From NCBI GenBank assembly GCA_963514005.1, contig OY740821.1:14942001-15006000 (forward strand): 64,000 nt of DNA, in the 5' to 3' direction. This document shows, in pieces, positions 24,991 to 54,400 of this stretch. The stretch is from Raja brachyura. Its lineage: Eukaryota. Numbering within the stretch: position 1 is the first letter of the stretch; every line of letters begins with the position of its first letter. The notes under the pieces are model-generated. The model was not told the origin of the DNA. It worked only from the letters and a program-made list of their open reading frames with translations, and did no database searches. A program made the translations under genes and the position numbers.

Positions 24991-25085
24991 GGGTTACACA
25001 AAAAGCTGGAGAAACTCAGCGGGTGCAGCAGCATCTAAGGAGTGAAGGAGATAGGCGACGTTTCGGGTCGAGACCCTTCTTCAGA
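24991..25085 (-). mobile_element. Young Penelope-derived element with intact hammerhead-like motif in the TSFM promoter region
   Basis: Minus strand reads CTGAAGA-A-GGGTC-TC-GACCC-GAAACGTC; 15-bp TSD GAAATGTTTTTTCTG (24976-24990, 25084-25098). Confidence 0.8.
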
Positions 25086-25286
25086 AATGTTTTTTCTGCT
25101 TCGACAGTCATGTCGATTTCAACCAGTAGTGGGAGCCACCCGAAATTCAGAGCAACATTCAAAATGCGACCTCGCTCGAGTTCTTTGGGCTAGATGTTGT
25201 CGAGGTTTGTCCTTGCTGGCTCCCCTTCGTGGTTCTCTTCCGCCGGCGGGGAAGCCGCTGCTTGCTGCTTTTACCCCGGCATCATC

Positions 25287-28200
25287 ATGCTCGTCCCGTG
25301 TGCTCTGCGGACCGCTCGAACCCGCATCTCCAGGGTAAAAAAACACCAAACTCTCTACTCGCTACCACTTTAACGATGAGCGGTTGTAATAAAATCCCGG
25401 TGGAAAAAATCCGTGTAGCAGGCCGAAGTAAAACTAATGCTGAGGGGAAGATGGGCAAATGGTCAGGGGTTTGGGCACTCGCTTTTAAAGCAGGCCCGGC
25501 ACTAAATAAAGATGTTGTGTGATGCAGTTATTTGAAATATTACAGAAATTGACAGAAGAGACAGAAAGATTTGGGGCAAACGGAATTAACAAGGAAGACA
25601 CAATATACGTGTGGTTGTAATCGGTGTGGAAATAGATTATTTGAAAGAGGATACAAGGAACCCCAGATGCCGGTTTACAAAAAAAAGAAAAAATGTACAA
25701 TCAATCTGAAGAAGATACATGGAAAGAACAGGTTTAGAGAGATATGTGCCAAACACGGGCAGGTGGGACTAGTGTAGACGAGGCATGTTGGTTGGCATGA
25801 GCAAGTTGGGCCGATGGGGCTGTTTCCATGCTAATATCACTGGGTCCTGATCCGAAACATCACTAGCCGTGTTCTCCTGAGATGCTGCCTGATCCACTGT
25901 TATAGTCACACAGCTTAAAAAACAGGCCCCTGTGCTATATAAAGCCTCCTGTGCTATATATGTCATGATCCTCTTTCTACGATAGTGAGTGGTAACAATC
26001 CTGAGAGCGAGTGTTGGTCAGGATCATGACCTTTGACTGAAGGTTAGTAACACTGACGTAGCATGCACCGTGGGAATGAAGTTAGGCTGCAAATGTGTAG
26101 ATTAAAAATTGCCTTGGTCATGTCAGAGATTTTGTTCTTATCTTCACCAGATCTTCTCTCCCCAACCCGTCCAGTTTCTCCACTGTTCTGGGACTAGATT
26201 GATAGCAACAGATAAAGAGCTTCTCATAAAACTCCGGAAAAAGACGGGATACTCATTTACAAATTGTAAGAAGGCCTTGGAAAATTTCAACAGTGACCTT
26301 CAGCAGGTAGGTGAAGGCTGAATGGCCTACACCCCGCTTACATTTCTTACACTGTAATACCCCATTGTTTCAATGATGCTGATTGAGGGACTGGCTCGAA
26401 TAGCAAGGAGCATTACCCCTTTTTCTCTCTCTTACTTGAGAGAATGGACAGGGATTTGATTTATGTGATTTTTTTAAAATAGGGAAGAAACTTGGTAACA
26501 GCAGAATCCCATACTCAAATCCAGACAGCTTGTAAGCCAGGAAGTGGAAACAGAAGGTGGGTGGCTGGGTGGTGGGGGTCCATTGAGTTAGTGAGGGGCA
26601 ACTCCACACCATCGTCTTTCCATGGATAAAGCGATGTACCACTGGATAACTGCTTGTCAATGATGACCGATGTTAAGCACTTTGGCCAACGAGAGTTGTT
26701 TTTTAAATGTGCTACATAAATAAAAGTGACTTGACTTGACCTCTTTTCAAAGGCTGAAGCCTGGCTGCATGAGCAAGCCCACAAGGAAGGATGGAGCAAA
26801 GCTTCTAAACTACAAGGCCGGAAGACAAAGGAGGGTCTGATTGGATTGCTCCAGGATGGGAACTCCGCTGTCCTGGTGGAGGTAAAGACTTACAAAGTTT
26901 GGACATTACTCTGTGTAGTAAATGTATCAAATCAGAGAATACTACAGCACTGAAGGATCCTGCCTGTATGTCCCTTTAAAATAACTCTCCAATCAATCCA
27001 ACCCCTCCTGCGGTCTCCACATAATCTACTCATTTTCAGATGTTCATGCAATTCCTTTTGAAGTCCCATTAAATCTCCCTGAACGTGAGCCATTAGTTTA
27101 GGTGTGGGAACCTATTAACGGACTACAGTATCTGTTAAAGTAGTGGTAGGGTAATTTCATTTGAACTAGTTAAAATGGGAGGCAGTAGGATTGGTAAACA
27201 GAACATACAGCCATCAACAAAATTGAAGAACCAGAGTGCAGATGACAGTTAAAAATATATATTATGATGTTGAACACGTTGCCGTGGCATTGCAAGCAGA
27301 TTCAATAATAAATTTTTCAAAGGGAATCTGAGACGTACTTTAAAAGAAATAAAAAAACTGATGGGCTTTAGGAAAGAGCACGGAAGTGGAACTCATGGGA
27401 TTACTGTTGAGAACGGACATTGGTGTGATGGGCTGATTGAACTCCTGTGCTGTACAATTTTACTCCCTTGTGGGAATCAATTGGATTTTTTTTTTAATGT
27501 CTCATTCCTTGCAGGTGAATTGTGAAACTGACTTTGTTGCCAGGAATGTAAAGTTCCAGCAGTTAGTGCAGCAGACAGCCACTGCCACGCTGGAACACTG
27601 TCGCTCCAAGCAGGTGACCACCACTGATTATACCAAGGTTTGTCAAGTGTTTCTATCTCTCTCTCTCTCTCGCTCTCTTTTCTAATTGTGTCTATGCCAG
27701 CAGATACACCTCACTGTTTTGTGTGTCTTCAATTGAACAGACTGAGCAGTCCGTACCTGCATGACAGCTTTTGGTTTGATCTTGATACCCACATTGAAAG
27801 GGTACATTATACTTAAGCTCAGAGGGCACAGGTGTACATTAGATCACAAGACATAGGAGCAGAATGAGGCTATTCGGCCCATTCAGTCTGGTCTGCGTTC
27901 GATCATAGCTGATCTATTTTCCCCTCTCAACCCCATTCTCCTGCCTTCTCCCCGTAACCTTTGACACCCATACTAATCAAGAACCTATCAAGCTCTGCTT
28001 TAAAAATACCCAATGACTTGGCCTCCACTACCATCTGTGACAATTAATTCCATAGACTCACCACCCTCTGACCGAAGAAATTCCTCCTTGTCTCCATTCT
28101 AAAGATACATCCTTTTATTCTGAGGCTATGCCTTCTGGTCCTAGACTCTCCCACAGAGGATGTGAACATCCTCTTAGGTCTTTCATTTGGAGGTAGGTTT

Positions 28201-30574
28201 CAAAGAGATCCCTCCTCATCCTTCTAAACTCCAGCAAGTACAGGCCTCAAGCCAGGAGATTTAAACTTGTAGGTTTAAGGACCCTCAAAGTGGGATACAG
28301 ATGGAGTTTAACCAGCTAAACACGTGCAACTCAACTGCTCAGATCATTGGGAAACCTCTCGCTGCTGATCCTGCCACTCCCTCACATCACACCTGAAATA
28401 CTAATTCTATGGCACTCTTGACAGATGCTGACCTGAGCCAGCATTTTGTGGGAATTTTGTTTCAAATTTCCAGCATCTGCAGTATTTTTTTGTTTGATGC
28501 TGGAAAAAAATCCTACCTTGCCACTCAAGATACAAGGCTCTCAGAATTCCTGCAAAGTTCAATGCCCCTTGTGAGTTCCCCAAAAGGCAATCTGTGGAGA
28601 ATGGCCACACTATTGGGGACTGACCATTTTTCCTATCTGCACCCTTCACCACCCCTGTATTGAGGCAGCTTTAGATTGTTCAGTGTTTCTCTCCAGGGAA
28701 AATGCCAACGTGCCGGTATCACAAAGCAACGGCAGGAGGTTTTGCTCCTAAGATACACCAAGTGGAAACCTAGCACTGCCACCTAGAGAGAGGGAGCAGG
28801 CAGGGAAATGGTGTCACAAGTCATCCTGGGCTGCTCTCAATAAACCCCTCCCTTAATTCTGTCCCACACACTCCAGCTGAAACTGTTTGCCCAAAGGATG
28901 GGTGCTTCCTATTAATAAGTGACAACTTTACAAATGTATGTATTGAAAATGTTCTTTATTACTCTGCAGAGTTCCCTTATGGCTGAAGAAATAAACCAAC
29001 TGAAGACTCCTGTGGACAGCCGTGCTCTTGCTGACCAGCTTGCCCTGGCTATCGGTAAGGTTGGAAGTGCAGACTTTGACCAATTTGTTATTTTGTTGTT
29101 CTCCTTGGGTGACACAGGCATGGTATTCTTGGTCAATGTAGTTTAATTTAGAGATGCAGCATGGAAACAGGCACATTGGCACAGGGAGACCACGATGACC
29201 ACTGATCACCCGTTCACACTAGTTTGGTGTTATCCCACTTTCATGTCCACTCCCTATACTCTAGGGGCAATTTACGGAGGCCAATTAACCTACATCCCTG
29301 CACATCTTTGGGATGTGGGAGGCGACCCACGTGGTTACAGGGAAACGTGCAAACTCTGCACAGACAGCATCCGAGGTGGTTCTCCAGTAAATATTTTCGA
29401 TGTGAATTCCATGGTCCCAGTGGTTTAGTGCAGATTCTAGAGTGACAGAGCGAGAGAAAGATTTGCATTTCACATCCTTGGCAAATTGCATTAAAAGCAC
29501 AACATTGGTTGTGATATCAGAAACATCACATGCGGAGGCAAAGATTTTGCAGAACAACATGTGTTGGAGCGGGACCAGAGTCTTTGTTTTAGCGTACTCA
29601 GGGGGCGGGGCAGAGAGGAAATGTAGGAGTGACGTTTGTAGCGTTCATCGAAGGTGGAGACATACCTGGTTGTGATGCTGGGGAAGAGGTAAAGGATTGG
29701 CCAGATGGTTGGACTTCTTCCACCTGTTGTTATCATCAGGTGCAAGATGTGTTGAAGTTTGCAGTCCTCCACACTGACCTGCATCTCGATATACTCCACC
29801 ACCCCTTCATCACCTCCCAACCTTCTCCCATTATCATGTGGTAAAGCTGACCATTATATTAAAAAACACACTAAATGCTGGAGTACCCCTGTGGGTCCGG
29901 CAGCATCTCTGGAGGACATTTCAGGTCAGGACATTTCTTCATACCCTCTGCTGAATTACTCCAGCACATTGGTATTTTTCTTCTATAAACCAGCATCTGC
30001 TGTTCCTTGTTTCTCCATTATATACAACATTTGGTTTGTGGTATCCTCTTCCTAACCCCGAGATCTGTGTTTACTTGGCTTTATTGATGAAGATTCATTC
30101 TGCTTTATACAACATTTTGACGAGTCCTTTTTTGTAAATCAAATCTGTTTTCAAGGTAACCTTGGTGAGAACATGGCAATCAGAAGAGCAGCCTGGGTGG
30201 CTGTACCATCTGACTGGTACATTGGCACATACGTGCACGGACAGCTGCAAGCTGATAGCCCATCCCTCTTAAAGATGGTGTTTGGAAAATATGGCGCATT
30301 AGTGATCTACAGGGCTGTGGAACAGAATTCCAAAGTTAACGCCTCGGAGGTAGGCCGCAGGTTGGGACAGCATATTGTGGGAATGATGCCTCTGTCTGTG
30401 GGCTCCATCGATGACCCGCCCGGTGATGATTCAGAGACCAAATTGTTGGCTCAGCCTTTCCTGCTGGACCCTGGCACCACAGTGGGGCAGTTCCTGCACA
30501 CAAGTGGAGTGTCAGTATTGGACTTTGTACGGTACGAATGTGGCGAAGTAACCGAGGTGGCAGAGAGTGCATAG
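25287..30574 (+). CDS. TSFM: Mitochondrial elongation factor Ts (6 exons, about 319 aa)
   Basis: Exons 25287-25334 (alternative in-frame ATG at 25194), 26151-26306, 26753-26881, 27515-27637, 28970-29054, 30156-30574; GT-AG, 960 nt in frame. Motifs [73 protein letters not shown] at 30634-30639. Confidence 0.95.
26500..26740 (+). mobile_element. Retroelement 3' end with (GACTT)n tail abutting the TSFM exon 3 acceptor
   Basis: ...TAAGCACTTTG...GCTACATAAATAAAAGTGACTTGACTTGAC, a LINE/SINE-type 3' terminus. The 5' boundary is approximate. Confidence 0.5.
27845..28255 (-). mobile_element. CR1-type LINE 3' fragment
   Basis: Reverse complement of the CR1 3' sequence seen at 7945-8430. Confidence 0.7.
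29145..29375 (-). mobile_element. SINE fragment (HE1/V-SINE-like)
   Basis: Reverse-complement similarity to 5551-5822 and 54120-54400. Confidence 0.6.
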
Positions 30575-30888
30575 TTGGAACATTGCAGACCTGGAAATCT
30601 ATAACTTCCTCATTGTCTATTTCTCCATGTTCAAATAAAATAACAAGCTCCAGCCCATTTAGTATGGATTTTTCCATCTTTCTTAATTCTTCTTGCTGTT
30701 TCAATTGTTTGTCATATGTACTGAAAACTGAACAATGCAATTCCTACTTGTGGCAGCATTCCAGGTCTGTCAGTACAGTACTCAGAACTTAATAAACATA
30801 AAGAAAAAGTTAAATAAATTAAAAACTAATATTTGTACAAAAAAAGCCCAAAGGCCTTCACACTACCAAGACAATTTGTAGATAATTA

Positions 30889-31035
30889 CCTCTCGAGTTG
30901 GGTCTCTCAGGCTGGGGTAGTCTATGGAAATCTAATGCAAGGTACAGTTTGTGAGGCCAGCCTCACATTGAAGAACTGTACCTTGCATTAAATTTCCATA
31001 GAACTACCCCAGCCTGAAAGACCCAACTCAAGAGG
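30889..31035. repeat. Long near-perfect inverted repeat (hairpin)
   Basis: Arms 30889-30949 and 30974-31035 pair with 3 mismatches and a 1-nt bulge; inner stem TGTGAGG/CCTCACA around CCAG. Confidence 0.92.
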
Positions 31036-32954
31036 CTTTTGAGTTGTCTGTGGGGTGGATCCACACCACTAGTCAAATACAACATCCACAGCCATGAACT
31101 ATCAACGAGTGGTCACTGGTGAGTTTTCAACATCAGGAAGTGTTCCTTGACTTTAGCTCAGGCAGGGGCAAGGTAATCATTAGTGCCCTCCCCAGCAGCC
31201 AGATTGAAATCAATGAGCTCAGCCAGAACCAGTGTTTAAAAGGAATGCTAAAAGTATTCATTCAAGAGTTTTTTTTAAAACAACGCATCCCATGATACCT
31301 ACTAGTCCAATGGCACCGTACTGCTCATTGTAATGTAGGAAACACAACTGTTAAACTGTGCATTGCATGCACTTACAATCACCAATGATTGAATGACCAC
31401 ATTCATTAATGATGGTGGTTGAGAGATTTGAATATTGATTCCATACCCGGGAGCAACCTCCTCACACTGCACTGTGGTGAACCAGCACCATAGGTTCCTT
31501 AACATCCACCTGGAAGTGCAGAGTGGAACTCCATTTTGAATACACATCTACAAAAGCACAGTGCCTAGTGCTTGTTCTATTCTCTCCTAGAGTGGGATTT
31601 TTAACTTACAACCTTCTGAGTCAGGTGAGAGTACTATCCACTGAGTCACGCTGGAAGCTGCAAACTTCTTGGATTGTATTATTGACCTCCACACCATCCA
31701 ATGAACTGATCAAACAAAATATAGCTGACTACTATTGTCTCTTTCATTTGAACATTGACAGTGCGAATGTTAATATTTGTGCAATGTAGTAGCAGGATAT
31801 ACGTTTATGCAGTGCATGGAATTAACAGCTCGTTACCTAATGGGACAATAAGGGTGAGCTCAGCTTCCCAGGCAAATAATAAGCAAAATAGAGTCTGTCA
31901 ACAGCTGCACGCTTCAGCCCTGCCATGGTTAGTGTGTGTGTTAATTGTTCAAGATAGCCACAAAAAGAGAGAATTAGTGCGAGTTCTTGCCTGGTCAATG
32001 AAGGTAACGGGAGGCAAATCCTCAACTCTGACCCTATTGTGTTTGGAACTGCCACTAGGTGCAAAAACAATAAAGAAGGGTCTCAACCCAAAATGTCACC
32101 CATTCCTTCTCTCCAGAGATGCTGCCTGTCCCTCCGAGTTACTCCAGCATCTTGTGTCTATCTTATATTTATTTTCCAATTAAGATTCCCTGCTCTTATT
32201 CCCCTTTTCAGTCATAGCAACAGCTGACACATGGTTATAAACCATTTCTTTATTAATTATCAATATCTGACAATTCAGCAGGTCATTCAGGCACAGGACC
32301 AAGTTAACCAAGTTGGTGACTAACCCCGCAGAGATACTGAGGGCATTGTATTCCTGCCCATGCAGCTACCCTCCCTCCCACTTTAGTCAATGATACACGT
32401 AATAGGAATGTTACCGAGAAATAACAACGTGACGTGTTCCATTAAGTAGCGCAATATGAACACGTATGTAGAACCTGTGACCAAAGGCTCAGCTTGACAT
32501 CTGCACAAAAAAGCTACATGTTTACATTACAGTGAAGTAAGAACAGACAAATTGATGGCTTTGAAACTATTTTATTTACCACTGTTACTGAGTGAAAACT
32601 CAATGGAAGCAGTTTCTGAAATCCCATGCCCGATGGGTTGCGGCAGAAGCTGTGTACGGCCCGACTAATTTCTAATAGCAAGAAATGAGATGCTTAGCTT
32701 TTCACTCCGTTGCATTATTCAAATTCTGTCAGTATAGTTGGTGCAGCTTTTGCTAATTTAAAATTTGACTAACTCACCCATTCCATTCAATGCAGAACCA
32801 AACAAAACATTTAGTACAAAAACAAGAGGGTAAATTATGTAGGATAAAGGAGAGAATATAAATTAGGAGCGATTCAACTGTTGCAGTGCATGGTTTTAGT
32901 TAATTTCAGCTGGAATAATGCGAGGCGTTCATGATGAACATTGGATGCAAACTA

Positions 32955-33212
32955 CTTGCGAGCTGGCTGCATGCAAGTCGAGAGTTGGTGATCTGTATGC
33001 GAGCTGGCTGTGTGCATGCAAGTCGCTTGCGAACAATTTGCGAGCTGCCTGCCTGTTTGCGAGCTGGCTGCGGACTAATAGCGACTTAGTCTGCATGCAA
33101 GCGGGTTGTGGACTAATTGCGAGTTGATCTGCATGCAAGCTGGTTGTGGACTAGTTGCGAGCTGCTTGCGGACTATTTGCGAGCTGGCTGCCTGCGCACC
33201 AGCTGGCTGCAA
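32955..33212. repeat. Degenerate CpG-rich tandem array (TGCGAGCTGG / TGCATGCAAG / GGACTA modules)
   Basis: Repeated shuffled modules visible directly within otherwise AT-rich sequence. Confidence 0.8.
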
Positions 33213-33898
33213 CAACGTGCAATTGATTTATCAGCAAGACAACTTTGGATCCAAGTACACATTTTATATGTATATTTGTTTATAATATTTGAAACGCGGT
33301 ACTGTAAAACATTTGAGATGCAGGGAACTACATGTATAAATTAGGGCTTTGAACTGAAATTTTCGGCTTAAATTAGGAATTTCAAGAGTAGAAGACATGA
33401 CACATGTATTTATTTGGCATCAGTGATATTTTGTTGTAATCCCCTGCTCCTGAAAATGGATGGGTGTTGTTGTTATTTGACGGAGTGTTTAAACTGACAA
33501 GTTGCAATAACTCATCCATCAATTTATTATCTTAGTAAATCTTAAAGATTTCTTAAAGAGAAATAGGGCAGTTAAAAGATTTCTTCATTCCTCAAAGTGA
33601 ATTTCTGCAGAAGACCTTAGTGGAGATTTGGAAGAAGAGTCACAGACATGGTGCTCAGTGAATCTGCTGTGATATTCCGTGGTTCTCCTTTATTGCCATT
33701 TAGTCTAGGTGATGCATAAAATTATCTCGGCAAGTAAACAATAAAGTTTAAATGTTTGTAAGTATAGGTAAAGTTTTTAGTGAATGGTTTATAGAATAGA
33801 TGGTGTTTGTCTGATTTGCTGTTCTGGGTGGTTTGGAGATATTCCCCAAGCTAAAGCGACAGGATGCAGTTTGCAGATGCTCTACAGTTCTCCTTCCT

Positions 33899-51947
<18,049 letters not shown>

Positions 51948-53898
51948 GATGGGTCGGATTCTGCAAATGAACAATTTTTCCTACAGAAAGAAACAATGCA
52001 GGCTGAGCAGGATTACTAACCCCGAATGAAAGCATTTCTGGAGGTTTGACAACATAATGTGTGTCCCACTGCCCCATCCATGATCACCCGTGTATAAATT
52101 TGTCATTATCTAACTGCGCGATTCACTCTCGGCCAAACTTTCTTTTCTCCGATTTCAATATTTTTATATCTAAGAGTTTAAAGAAAATTCAAAGCTATTA
52201 CATTTTTTTGTCCTCATGAATTTCCGCCTAGATTGCTCACAGGAATATCCTGGAGATCAATATTAAATTCCTAGAGCACGGTAGGAACCCGACAAAGAAC
52301 CGAAACAGTTAAATGAAGCTCAAAAAAAGGCAAAGTACGAGAGAAAGGCAACGGGTCAGACAGCATCTCGGGACAACATGGGTAGGTGACATTTCACGCG
52401 GAACCCCTCTGGAGAGAGTCCCAATCCGAAACATCATCTATCCATGTTCTCCAGCTGCCTTACCCGCTGAGTTACTCCAGTACTTTGTATCTTTTTTTGG
52501 TAAACCAGCACCTGCAGTTCCTTGTGTCTAAATAAAGCACAAGGAGGGCTCAGCAAACTCACAGACGTACCTACTTGGGTATACTTCAGAGATTGCTGCG
52601 TACCTGCTCTTCCTGGAAATTCTGACCAGGCATCTGTACAAGAGCTACATGGCTTCTTTTTGAAGAGTGAACGTTCCCTTAACCTTACCCACAACATCCC
52701 CGTCTCCCATGGGGAGTATTTTAACAATTATATTGGATATATTACACAGCATTTAAACTTCATCAGCTATTTTGAAAAACCATCGTGCACATGCAGGAGA
52801 TTTTTTTTCTCTCCAACGATTGATTATTAGATGAACCAGGCATTAGCTGTCCCGCTTTGCACTCTTCTGAAACAATTGCCAGCTTGTTTTCGTCATCTAC
52901 CCAATGCACTTCCCAGTAGAGATGAAAACTGAAAAGGTTATTATAAAAACAGGTTACCTCAAATGATTTGCTGTAGATCACAGGTCAAAATTCGGCTGCA
53001 GGCTGGAATGAGAGGAAAGCAGAAGGACGAGACAGACGCAGATACACTTGCAGGCAACTGCAATCCAACATCAAATGTCATTGATCCAGCAGTTCTGGGC
53101 GTTGCCATGTATTTGCATGGCACGCGATTTCATCTGCTGGATCTATAAGGGAGGGAACAAAAGAATCTATTAATTCAAACACACGGAAGTCTGACCAACT
53201 GCAAGGCCATTGATTTATCTTGTTCACTGAGCTCCCACAGCATTACTTGCAGGTAATCAGGTGGTTGGTTGCAGCCTGTCCTTTGAAGGCCACTACTCCG
53301 GTTGTCAAAGAACAAACTGCTGGTTGGTTTTGGGGGGGGGGGGTGGGGGGGAGAGAGAGGAATTGTTAGTGCTTTGGGTTAACACAAGGGAGAGGGAGAG
53401 GGAGACAGGGGCTGATAAGCGCATGTGGACAAAGGGATGGGCAGATAGAGCAAGGTGGGGGAGGGAAGGAAGTGAAAGACAGAGACAGGTGGAGGCAAAC
53501 AATGAAAAAAAGGTAGCTGGAGCCAGGTTTCTTTTAGGGGGACACACACAAAATGGAAGGGGAGGTTGAAGCTGGTGACGGCTCTCGATAAGCAGGGGTA
53601 CAAAGGCTACCAGTGCTGATAAGCAAGGAAGTCAAAAATGGGAACAGTTAGGGGAGGGTAAAAAAGGCAGATGGAACCAGAGGAAGTGGGGGGGGGGGGG
53701 GGGGGGGAAGTGGGAGAAGAGGTTTTTTTGTGGGTGAAATGTATGGGTTTTAGTTTATTTTCCCTCCCCGCTCACTTCTTTATGCTGCCATCTTCCCTCC
53801 ACACTATGAGTCCTGATGCAGGGTCTCAACCCAAAACTTGACCAGGCCATATCCAAGTGCTCATTATGCCTCCTGCAGATCAATAGCTGCAGTACAAT

Positions 53899-54030
53899 GT
53901 TGAAGAAGGAACTGCAGATGCTGGAAAATCAAAAGTAGACAAAATTGCTGGAGAAACTCAGAGGGTAAAGCAGCATCTATGGAGCGAAGGAAATGGGCAA
54001 CGTTTCGTGTCGAAACCCTTCTTCAGTCTG
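53899..54030 (-). mobile_element. Penelope-derived short element
   Basis: Family sequence ending GGCAACGTTTCGTGTCGAAACCCTTCTTCAG (hammerhead-like on the minus strand, variant). Confidence 0.7.
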
Positions 54031-54119
54031 AATGTAGTACATTGTTCTTAGTATACCTGGCCAGTTTAAACACATTTACAAATCGGTAGCAAACTTTCAG
54101 CGGACATATTAACCATAAG

Positions 54120-54400
54120 AGTGGCACAGCTGGTAGAACTGCTGCCCCACAGCTCCAGAGATCTGGATTTGATCATGACTTCTGGTGCTGTCAATGTGGG
54201 TTTGCACATTCTCCCCATGACCACGCAGGTTTCCTCCGGGTGCTCCGGTTTCCTCCCACATCCTAAAGACGTACAGGTTTCTAGGTTAATTACCCTCAGT
54301 AAAATTGCTCCTTGTGTGCAGGGAGTGGATGATAAGTTGGATAACATAGAACTCATGGTCAGTGTGGCCTTAGTGGGCCGAAGGGCCTGTTTCCATGATG
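54120..54400 (+). mobile_element. tRNA-derived SINE (HE1/V-SINE-like)
   Basis: A-box-like GTGGCACAGCTGG head and central TTTGCACATTCTCCCCATGACC..GGTTTCCTCCGGGTGCTCCGGTTTCCTCCCACAT segment. Confidence 0.75.

Noticed and set aside
24693-25034. 113-aa Tyr/Ile/Val-rich ORF
   Set aside because: It is a translation of the TA/CA microsatellite.
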